Positions 33,772 to 41,294 of a DNA stretch of 64,000 bases are shown here, one piece after another; position 1 is the stretch's first letter, and every line of letters starts with the position of its first letter. The position numbers and the translations under genes are program-made. This DNA comes from a virus (Duplodnaviria > Caudoviricetes): positions 1-64,000 of the IMG/VR virus record IMGVR_UViG_3300036929_000011; one strand, given 5' to 3'. The notes beneath the pieces are model-generated. The model ran no database searches. It saw only the letters and a list, made by a program, of their open reading frames with translations, and was not told the origin of the DNA.

Positions 33772-34221
33772 CTAAGCCCTCCTTCCCGCTACGTGGTTCC
33801 AGCGTTGCCGATCGAGAATCTTGCTGATCTGCTGTTGGCAAACGCCAAAGGCGTCTGCGATGCGCTGCTGTGTCCACCCGTTTGCGCAAAGCTCTCGGAT
33901 GCGCAGAACCTTCGCCTCAGTAAGCTTGGCACCGTATGCACGTTCGCCGCGTGCCACGCGTTCTGGGTGCAAGCGTGAACCGTTGCGGTCACCACGTGGC
34001 ACGCACTCCGGATGCGTTTTTGAGCCGTGCGCATCCTGTATGCCGTCGGGAATTTGGCCGTGCACAAACTCCCATGCCACGCGATGAGCCTGTCTCATCT
34101 TACTTGCCATCCAGAATTGACCATAGCCACCGCTCAGAACCGCCGTCCACTCCAGACACGGCGTGGTCATCCCATGCCGCACTTCAGTCGCCAGCTTTGT
34201 CTTCGCATAAAACCGCTCCAT
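33772..34221 (-). CDS. Degenerate HNH homing endonuclease (catalytic core deleted) with C-terminal HTH
   Basis: CLEWT..GYGQF..AHRVAWEF.HG.IPDG runs straight into DAHGSKTHPE; C-terminal WTQQRIADAFGVCQQQIS. Confidence 0.7.
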   Translation of the reverse strand: MERFYAKTKLATEVRHGMTTPCLEWTAVLSGGYGQFWMASKMRQAHRVAWEFVHGQIPDGIQDAHGSKTHPECVPRGDRNGSRLHPERVARGERAYGAKLTEAKVLRIRELCANGWTQQRIADAFGVCQQQISKILDRQRWNHVAGRRA

Positions 34222-34463
34222 CAGCGCACCTCCCCTTCCGTGCCCTGGTGCCACTCGACGATCACGATGCTGGTCTGGTGCCAGTCCCCGTCGCCTCCAA
34301 GACGCCAGTCGGTCCTGATGATCGCCGTCTCGTCGCCTGGGATGTTGGCCATGCGGGCGAGTTCGACGGTTTCACAGTTCGGGCCACGGAAGAAGCTGTC
34401 TTCCGCGGGCGTGCCGTTGATCATGCGGGCCTTGTGATACGTGGTCTGGGTCTTGGTTGCCAT
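34221..34463 (-). CDS. Early hypothetical protein
   Basis: CCAGGAGG SD with AC-rich leader. Confidence 0.7.
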   Translation of the reverse strand: MATKTQTTYHKARMINGTPAEDSFFRGPNCETVELARMANIPGDETAIIRTDWRLGGDGDWHQTSIVIVEWHQGTEGEVR

Positions 34464-34501
34464 GGGATCCTCCTGGGTGGTTGTTGTTGCGGGTCTCGGC
34501 G

Positions 34502-34741
34502 TTAGGTGAGGTACAGGATGACGAGCTCGTCGCCGTCGATCACGATTTCGATCGACTCTGCGTCTCGATAGCGCACGGTCGAGTTCGTCGCCTGTTGCAC
34601 GCGCGATAGTGTTGTCGCGATCTCATCGCGATCGGTGGAGTAGGTACCGCACGCGCCCCCCTGGCCGCAGTGACAGCCGTTGGGCTTTCCTCCACTGTAG
34701 ACGCTGACTAGGTCTCGCGCCGAAATCTCTTGTACGGTCAT
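34502..34741 (-). CDS. Early hypothetical protein, 79 aa
   Basis: CCAGGAG SD; SVYSG.PNGCHCG..CGTY. Confidence 0.7.
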   Translation of the reverse strand: MTVQEISARDLVSVYSGGKPNGCHCGQGGACGTYSTDRDEIATTLSRVQQATNSTVRYRDAESIEIVIDGDELVILYLT

Positions 34742-34818
34742 GGTCGTCTCCTGGGTAGTGGTTGTGGTATCGGGGCCGACTCCAGGCCGCTCCGTCGAGA
34801 GGCCCGGACCTGGCACCG

Positions 34819-35019
34819 CTACGTCCTGCGAGCCAGCTCCTCGGCCATGAGGTCGTTCTCGGCAATCTCGCCGTCGAGGATGGCGGCTACCGCCTGCTGT
34901 GGCGTCAGCCCTGGCGGAGGGGGCCGGCGCGTGAGAATTGCCTCGGCGATAGCGTGGGCGTCTGGGATTGCGGGCAGGTCGTCGCGGTCTCGGTGGGTCT
35001 GGGTCAGGTCGTTTTTCAC
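34819..35019 (-). CDS. Early hypothetical protein, 66 aa
   Basis: AGGAGG SD, GTG start. Confidence 0.6.
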   Translation of the reverse strand: MKNDLTQTHRDRDDLPAIPDAHAIAEAILTRRPPPPGLTPQQAVAAILDGEIAENDLMAEELARRT

Positions 35020-35234
35020 GGGGTCCTCCTGAGGTCGTCTACGATGGCGGTCATTTCTGCGGTCGTGGCCAGCGATAGGTCGATCTGGGCAGCTCGGCGG
35101 TCGTGCTCGGCGGCCAGCGCCGGCCAAATCTCGTATCCCCAGCTGCCTACGATTGGTGGCATCATCCCCCGGCGCGCTGCCTGGTATTTGGTCCGCAGAG
35201 CGGTGGCGGCTGCGCGGTGGCGGGCGGAGGTCAC
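35016..35234 (-). CDS. Early hypothetical protein
   Basis: Coupled on both sides. Confidence 0.6.
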   Translation of the reverse strand: MTSARHRAAATALRTKYQAARRGMMPPIVGSWGYEIWPALAAEHDRRAAQIDLSLATTAEMTAIVDDLRRTP

Positions 35235-35587
35235 AGCGCTGACCCCGGGTGGTCAATTCGGGTGAGCTTGGCGAGGCCCTCGACCACCGCGGTCTGGGTC
35301 TCGCGCAGAATCACGCGAAGGTCGGCGATGGTCGTCTGCTGCTCCTTGAGTTCCTGGGCGGCGCAGGTCGGGCAGTAGGTGATCGTCTCGCCGGCCCTGA
35401 CCTCGGCGCCGTACTCGATAGGCTCGCCGCAGTCACAGCACGTTTTGCGGGGCTCCTCGCCGGTCCCGTCGCAATCCGGGCAGGTCTCCATCCGCGGTGT
35501 AATACCGGTCAGTGGGTCGCTGATGTCGATGCGGCCGTCACCTCCGCAGGCGCGGCACTCTGGTGCGTCGTGGGTCGTGGTCGTCAT
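35231..35587 (-). CDS. Early protein with DnaJ-type Zn finger and coiled coil, 118 aa
   Basis: CRACGGDG..CPDCDGTG..CCDCG..CPTC; AGGAGG SD. Confidence 0.7.
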   Translation of the reverse strand: MTTTTHDAPECRACGGDGRIDISDPLTGITPRMETCPDCDGTGEEPRKTCCDCGEPIEYGAEVRAGETITYCPTCAAQELKEQQTTIADLRVILRETQTAVVEGLAKLTRIDHPGSAL

Positions 35588-35787
35588 GGTCGTGTCCTCC
35601 TGGCATTGGCTGCGAATCGTAGGAGCGTGCGGGCCACCCGCCTGGCGTCGGCGGGGCGAAGCTGCTGGCGGGGCGGGCGCATGGCCAGCAGCACGTAGCC
35701 CTGGACGCCACCCCGGTCGTACTCGCCGCCGACGGTCACGGCCTGCCGGCGGTCTCGATGATCTCGAAATGTCTGGCGCAGGCTCAC
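35584..35787 (-). CDS. Early hypothetical protein
   Basis: GTGA/ATGA coupling. Confidence 0.5.
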   Translation of the reverse strand: MSLRQTFRDHRDRRQAVTVGGEYDRGGVQGYVLLAMRPPRQQLRPADARRVARTLLRFAANARRTRP

Positions 35788-35843
35788 GCCCGAGCCTCGG
35801 TGGTGCTGGTGCTGGCGGTACCACGCCGTGCGCTGGTCAGCAT
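35784..35843 (-). CDS. 19-aa ORF MLTSARRGTASTSTTEARA
   Basis: GAGGA SD with AC-rich leader; stop overlaps the next GTG. Confidence 0.4.
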   Translation of the reverse strand: MLTSARRGTASTSTTEARA

Positions 35844-35939
35844 GATCAGTCCTCTCGTGTCTCGGGTGGTGGTGTCCTCGGTCCCGCTCCCAGGTCTACG
35901 CGTGGTAGGCCGGGGAGCGCGCACGGGGCGCGTGGGTGA

Positions 35940-36179
35940 CTAGCCTCGGACCTCGTCGCAGAGCCTGCCGTCCGAGCAGGCCAGACTGTATGCCTCATCG
36001 CCCAGCTCCGAAAACACCTCGTCGTCGATATCGTCCATCTCGTCAGCCGAAAACTCGCCGTATAACTCTACAATGCTGCGCCCGAGTTCGGCAGCCGCCG
36101 CCAGTTGCTCGTCGTCCACGTCCTTGGTGTCTTTTACCAGCCTGCTGTTGACCATGTACACCAGGTTGAGCTTCGTCAT
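35940..36179 (-). CDS. Early acidic protein
   Basis: GGAGG SD; Asp/Glu-rich. Confidence 0.7.
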   Translation of the reverse strand: MTKLNLVYMVNSRLVKDTKDVDDEQLAAAAELGRSIVELYGEFSADEMDDIDDEVFSELGDEAYSLACSDGRLCDEVRG

Positions 36180-36291
36180 CGTCGGTCCTCCGTCTCGTGG
36201 TCTCGCCGCAGGTCACCTGCCTGCGGTCGGTGTCGTGTGGGCCCTGGCGCCGCTGTCGATGCGGCTGACCGTTCGCCGGCCAGGGCTGGGG

Positions 36292-36510
36292 CTACCTGAC
36301 GATCTTGAGGTCGTCGATGCTGCCATCTGTGACCAGGACAGACTCTCCGTCGAAGCTCACATCGTCCAAGTCTGCCGGGAGCGCGTCCGCGTCGTCGCTA
36401 CTCAGGGGCGGCGATATCAGGTAGGTGGCGTCTGGGCTGCGGTCGGCGGAATCTGTCTCTACCAAAAATCGCTCGCCCGTGGTCTTGCTCTGTCGGAGTG
36501 TCGTCGTCAT
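36292..36510 (-). CDS. First early gene, acidic protein
   Basis: TAGGAG SD; Asp-rich. Confidence 0.7.
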   Translation of the reverse strand: MTTTLRQSKTTGERFLVETDSADRSPDATYLISPPLSSDDADALPADLDDVSFDGESVLVTDGSIDDLKIVR

Positions 36511-36660
36511 GGCAGGTCTCCTAGGTTGGTGGTGGTGGTCGTCGTGGTCGGGACTACTGGCGCCTGAGCGCAGCAGATTTGGCTTGGGCTGAGTCGAGTC
36601 GCTGCCTCGCGGCTGGTCTCGCGGTCCCGGGCTGCTGTCTGCTTCGTCGCGGTCACAGAT

Positions 36661-36717
36661 ATATTATTACGCTAGTCCTGCTATTTGTAAAGAAAAACAC
36701 GCTATCTATATTCGCTA
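36661..36717 (-). promoter_or_regulatory. AT-rich sigma70-like early promoter (TTTACA-N17-AATAAT) with four TAGCR repeats
   Basis: Conspicuously AT-rich tract; -35 at 36686-36691, -10 at ~36661-36669; YGCTA at 36670, 36679, 36700, 36713. Confidence 0.6.
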
Positions 36718-36731
36718 GTTGTTACGCGCAC

Positions 36732-37109
36732 TTACGGCTCTTGCTGGCAGTATCGCAGACGCAGCCACCGGGCCACGGCGTCTACGATCGAGGATACCCT
36801 GGGTAACTCGGGGTCGGTGGTGGTGCCGGCCGGGGAGAATTGTAGCCGCGACCACTTTTCGACCAGCGTCTCGACGGGAACGCCACTCTGGAGCGCCAGG
36901 GACGCCGTGATCGAGAGCGCGTCCAGCAGGCCCGAAATCGTCGAGCCGGTGCGGTCCCCCTTCAGAAAAATCTCTGCTAGACGGCCGTCTGGGTAGGTCC
37001 CCGTCGACACGTAGATTTTCAGATCCTCCGGCCCTCGCTCGGTCATGTAGCGCAGGTGGATTCGCTTCGTGAGGCCGCGCCGTTCCGCCGGCAATCGCTC
37101 GCGCGACAT
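36732..37109 (-). CDS. Stand-alone TSCPD domain protein (class II RNR C-terminal-like), 125 aa
   Basis: RERLPAERRGLT..IYVSTGTYPDG..EIFL..GSTISGLLDA..SLALQ.GVP.E.LVEK..F.P.G..P....SIVD..RWL. Confidence 0.8.
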   Translation of the reverse strand: MSRERLPAERRGLTKRIHLRYMTERGPEDLKIYVSTGTYPDGRLAEIFLKGDRTGSTISGLLDALSITASLALQSGVPVETLVEKWSRLQFSPAGTTTDPELPRVSSIVDAVARWLRLRYCQQEP

Positions 37110-37384
37110 CAGTTTGTGCCTCGGTTCGCCGCCTCGCGGATGCCTCGATCGACGCGCTCCTTGCCGAAAAGGTCGCAGGCTAAGCGGTAGTTGCATACCT
37201 CCAGATGCGCAATCAGCTGCGCCTGCTGGTGGATCACGCCCTTGAGCTCTTCGTTTTCTCGCCCGAGAAACGCGCCCGCTTTTTCTGACGCACGTTCTGC
37301 CTGGCGAGCTCGGTGCAGATACCAGAGCACCAACAGACCGGTCAGAGGCACGGCGCAGTCGAGCAATAGGTACAGTGTTGCCAT
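37109..37384 (-). CDS. Small membrane-anchored coiled-coil protein, probably leaderless
   Basis: TM segment LYLLLDCAVPLTGLLVLWYL; ATG 6 nt after AACAAT; no SD. Confidence 0.6.
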   Translation of the reverse strand: MATLYLLLDCAVPLTGLLVLWYLHRARQAERASEKAGAFLGRENEELKGVIHQQAQLIAHLEVCNYRLACDLFGKERVDRGIREAANRGTN

Positions 37385-37389
37385 GTCCA

Positions 37390-37415
37390 TATTGTTGATC
37401 CGTTGCTGCGGTTTT
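37390..37415 (-). promoter_or_regulatory. Conserved bipartite motif copy 6
   Basis: AAAACC-GCAGCAACG-GATCAACAATA. Confidence 0.75.
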
Positions 37416-37571
37416 ACGGGAAAATCCTTTGTTCCGCTTCCGGCGTCCAACCGTCATGCCAAACATTCTATGGTCGATGGTCACGGACTGGTGCCCATAT
37501 CACGGACGTACGGATTGCGAGGTGGCCACGCGCAAGCGGTTTGAACGCGAGCGTATCCTGGCGGCGCTTGC

Positions 37572-37595
37572 GGAGCTGGACGTGACGCCAGCTCC
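37572..37595 (-). terminator. 8-bp GC stem after the lysozyme (no U-tract)
   Basis: GGAGCTGG/CCAGCTCC, 10 nt past the stop of the late operon. Confidence 0.3.
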
Positions 37596-37604
37596 AGTCT
37601 TATT

Positions 37605-38288
37605 TCATCCGTTCTCGGGGCTGGCTTCGGAGCACATCCCGCCGGCCAGTACGTTGCAGTCGCAGAACCCCACGCCCGGGACTTCCTGATGGATTCCCTG
37701 ATCGCCGTCTGTGTACTGGAGCACCTGCCAGGTCGCCCAGGGGATGGGTAGCTTCGTCGGCGCCGCAGGGTCGGGCAAATGATAGCGCGGTACCCATAGG
37801 TCCATCCCGTCCGCCCGCGGCCACGCTGGATTGCCGATCACCTGCCAGTGCTGGTCCGAGGTGTAGATCAACGGGCGCGAACCCGCCAGCACCCCGAGAG
37901 ACTCCAGGCGCGCATAGAAGGCGTCCAGGTAGCGCAGGCCGAACGCCCGCATCTGCGGCAGCGGCACGCTTGAATAGCTCTTGCCCTCGAAGTCGCAGCA
38001 GAGACGTTCCCTTGGTTGTAGCGGACCAACGACATCGGCGAAGTGTTCGGCCTGCGTCGATGGGTCGGTCTCGGCGTGGAAGAAGTGATACCAGATCGCC
38101 ATCGTGAAGCTCGGGCAGTTGGCGCGGAACCCGTCCCGGTGCCGCTCGAACTGATCGTCAACGGCATGGGCTCCCTCGGTGGCCTTGGCCCCGAAGAATG
38201 TCGCCCCACTTGCCGCCAGAGCAACCCAATCCCGGACGGGCTTCCAATGCGACACATCCGGGCCCCATGGCATTTGCGAGATGTCCAT
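37605..38288 (-). CDS. GH25 lysozyme (endolysin)
   Basis: GPDVSHW, F.GAKATEG, WYHFF, CCDFE, PLIYTS, LWVPRY, QYTD..CDCN. Confidence 0.9.
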   Translation of the reverse strand: MDISQMPWGPDVSHWKPVRDWVALAASGATFFGAKATEGAHAVDDQFERHRDGFRANCPSFTMAIWYHFFHAETDPSTQAEHFADVVGPLQPRERLCCDFEGKSYSSVPLPQMRAFGLRYLDAFYARLESLGVLAGSRPLIYTSDQHWQVIGNPAWPRADGMDLWVPRYHLPDPAAPTKLPIPWATWQVLQYTDGDQGIHQEVPGVGFCDCNVLAGGMCSEASPENG

Positions 38289-41200
38289 TTAACCCACCCT
38301 CCTTGCACTGAGCATACTTCCCTGTCTCACGATAGACGGGTACGACCCATCCGCTGTCTGTTGCGCGAACTGCAGCAGGACGGTCCCATCTGTGTTGGCG
38401 ATCAGAAGCCCGTCGATCTCGATCAGGCCGCCGTTGAACCCGGCCGTGACTTGCGTGGCACCGAATTCCGTCTCGCTGGTCAGGACGTCCATCAGAGCGG
38501 GCGAATGTACGCTTTCTACGTCGGTGGCATAGACCTTGACCTCCGCGTGACCGTTGCCATCTCCGACGGATGCCGTTCCCGCCATCTTCCATCGCGCGCC
38601 ACCGGTCTCCGAAAGATCCACCCGCAAACGTGCGCGGAACTCGTACTGGTATCCAGCCTGTACCGTCACCTCCAGATCTGTGTTCGCCAGCACGACGCTC
38701 GTCGTGGAGAAGTCGTCCGCGAGCATGGAGAACTGCTCTTCGATGATCTGGGGTTGCCAGAAGGCGAAGCAGTAGGATCCCGAAGCACCTGGCCCAATCA
38801 TCAGAGGTTGCCCGATGCGGACGTTCTGCCCGCTCTTGAAGTCCGTCGGCGATGAGCGCGCGACGACCGTGCCAATGTTTCCCGGGTCGCCACTGAGGAA
38901 CAGCCACTTTCCAATCGCCGGCAAGGCGGTGCCTGGATCCATTCGGATCACCATCGTTTCGTCGTTCCCGACGATGACGTAGCCGCCCGTCACGTGGCTC
39001 ACGTAGTCGTCGACGCTCACGGCATTGGTGAGGGCGACGCCTTGAAGGACGTTGCCGAAGCTTGCCGGGATGAGGCTGCCGTCGCTGAGCTGGACCCCGA
39101 CTACTACGCCGACTGGGAACACGTAGTTCCCCGGCGACTCGCCCAATGGGTAGTCGAAGCTCTGATACTGCATCGGCTCGCCTCGTGGGCACGGCAGGAT
39201 ATCGTTGGCGTAGCCCTGTCCAGTCAGCGAACACAACACACGCTGCGCTCCGACGATCTCGAAGCCCGTCACACCGAGAGAGTCCCAAGTGAGGGACAGA
39301 AATTGCACGCCGAGATCAACGTTGAAATAGAGCAGAGCACCGGTTCCGGCCAGCGGGCCGCCGTCGAAGTCGATGGTAGCCTCGTAGTGTCCAGTCAAGA
39401 GAGCTAGCAATGGTGAGTCGAAAACTTGGCCAAACGGATCGAGCAAGCTCCACACCTTGACGCGTGCCCCGTCCGGGCATTGGCCGATGCCCAGCACTGG
39501 GGAGATCGGAGCCTCGCTCGGACGCGTGAGCACGGCGATGTTGAACGACGACGCTTGCATTCCAGCCAGGAGTATTTGCGGTGGTTGACCGGGTGAGATC
39601 TGGCCGAGAACATCGTTGTCGTACACGCTCAACTGGCCTGGTGTTGATAGCGTGAGTGGTTGCCACACCTGACTGTGGCTTAATTCGATCGACTCCGACG
39701 CTTGCACATTGCCACCGACCACGAGCTGTGAGAATCGGATCTCCAGGTTTTGCGCGTTCCCAGAGCTGAGGCCATGTGGATTGTAGAGACCGAACCCGGT
39801 ATTGTTGGCCGACCCACTCTCATCGGCGAGAAAGTTGTTGAACGACGACTGCCCGAACAGAGAGAGGTGGGCAAACTCGCAGCAAGTGTATTGCGCTCCG
39901 TTGCCCCACTGTCCCGCATAGGCGTTGTCGACATTCACACCGGCTGTTTCGACGACGCTATTGTTGGATCCCGTGGTCTGGCCTTCCACGTGCGCAAACA
40001 TCAAAACGCCGGGATTTTCGAGCCAGAGCTTGTCACCGGGGTTGACGGTGCCCTGCGTGAGTCGGACGTAGAAAATCGAGGAATTCTCGCTTTCGTCGGA
40101 GTGGTACCAGGCTCCCTGTCCCATCGCCGTCGTCACGCCCGGTTCCGTCGGATCCTCGCATCGCACGCGGAACGATCCCATATCAGTCAGCGCGGGAAAA
40201 GAGCCGATCGCGCCGGCCAGGGTGATGCTCGTGATGTCCGGCCAGTTCGCACCATACGCTGCTGACGAGAAGGCCAGAAACGAGCCATCAAGCTCGGTAC
40301 CTGGAAACGCTGTCACCAAGCCAAGTCGGATCCGATCCTCGGTGCTGTTGGTCAGATCTGACCCGCGGAAAATCTGACAGTTGTAGTCAACCATCGCGGT
40401 CCGATCGATCGTGCCGTGGTTGTCGCCCGGCATTTGGTCGTAGACCAAGCCACCGGCGATTGGCTTGCACAGCACCACGTATTTTCTCGTAGCGCCCACG
40501 GGAGGGATGATCGCGGCGAGACGGCCCATCGTCTTGATCGCTACGGGCGTGGTCCGGTCTGGCGTGAAGACACTCAGAGGTGGCGCGTCGATGTATCCGA
40601 TGTTCGCGTCGTCACCGGCGTTTCCGTCGAGGAAGAAGTACCGAATCAGGGTGCGATCCCAGTTCGCCACGTCGCCTACGCCACCACCACCGGACGCTGT
40701 GATTTGAATTTTCCGCACGCCTCCGTCAGTGACTGTCGCAAGGGTGACGTTCGCCCCCCCCTTCAGTTTCGTATCGAGGAACGCCGGATCCGGATCCGTC
40801 GAATTGGCCTTCACGTCGTGGGCATCGCCACCGCCACCACCGTCTGCAATCTTTCGGAACCATCGGTTTAGCATCTTGATGATGCCCTGCTGGATGAGCG
40901 GGTCAGCCTGGTCCTCGTTCGTTTCGAACGGCCCGATAAGACGCAAAGGCCGGCCATCGGGGTCAGTGATGTTTTCTAGGTAGGAGCATCCCCCGCGAAT
41001 GATCGTTGCATCGGTGGCACCCCCATTGACCATACACCAAACGATGTAGGTGCCCTTGATGTCGACCGTGATATTCGCCGTCGGCGAGGTGCCGAGCGAA
41101 ATCGGTTCAATGCCGGCGCCGCCAGATGCCGAGCCCTCGGGACGCCAGAGCATCCACTGATAGCTGTTGACCCCCGTGACGTCGCTCAGGGCGAACGACA

Positions 41201-41291
41201 TCACCGATCCCGCCGCTGCGTCCTGCCTCCATGTGGTAGTCGGCGGGAGGGCGTCCTTCCGGACCTGAATGGTGACGCTTGAGAACGGCAT
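38289..41291 (-). CDS. Tail fibre / receptor-binding protein, 1000 aa
   Basis: Position after the baseplate; beta-rich modular sequence. Confidence 0.7.
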   Translation of the reverse strand: MPFSSVTIQVRKDALPPTTTWRQDAAAGSVMSFALSDVTGVNSYQWMLWRPEGSASGGAGIEPISLGTSPTANITVDIKGTYIVWCMVNGGATDATIIRGGCSYLENITDPDGRPLRLIGPFETNEDQADPLIQQGIIKMLNRWFRKIADGGGGGDAHDVKANSTDPDPAFLDTKLKGGANVTLATVTDGGVRKIQITASGGGGVGDVANWDRTLIRYFFLDGNAGDDANIGYIDAPPLSVFTPDRTTPVAIKTMGRLAAIIPPVGATRKYVVLCKPIAGGLVYDQMPGDNHGTIDRTAMVDYNCQIFRGSDLTNSTEDRIRLGLVTAFPGTELDGSFLAFSSAAYGANWPDITSITLAGAIGSFPALTDMGSFRVRCEDPTEPGVTTAMGQGAWYHSDESENSSIFYVRLTQGTVNPGDKLWLENPGVLMFAHVEGQTTGSNNSVVETAGVNVDNAYAGQWGNGAQYTCCEFAHLSLFGQSSFNNFLADESGSANNTGFGLYNPHGLSSGNAQNLEIRFSQLVVGGNVQASESIELSHSQVWQPLTLSTPGQLSVYDNDVLGQISPGQPPQILLAGMQASSFNIAVLTRPSEAPISPVLGIGQCPDGARVKVWSLLDPFGQVFDSPLLALLTGHYEATIDFDGGPLAGTGALLYFNVDLGVQFLSLTWDSLGVTGFEIVGAQRVLCSLTGQGYANDILPCPRGEPMQYQSFDYPLGESPGNYVFPVGVVVGVQLSDGSLIPASFGNVLQGVALTNAVSVDDYVSHVTGGYVIVGNDETMVIRMDPGTALPAIGKWLFLSGDPGNIGTVVARSSPTDFKSGQNVRIGQPLMIGPGASGSYCFAFWQPQIIEEQFSMLADDFSTTSVVLANTDLEVTVQAGYQYEFRARLRVDLSETGGARWKMAGTASVGDGNGHAEVKVYATDVESVHSPALMDVLTSETEFGATQVTAGFNGGLIEIDGLLIANTDGTVLLQFAQQTADGSYPSIVRQGSMLSARRVG

Positions 41292-41294
41292 GGC

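Noticed and set aside
37429-37689. Plus-strand 86-aa ORF (..ERERILAALAEL..)
   Set aside because: No SD, antisense overlap with the lysozyme 3' end, and it would be the only plus-strand gene.
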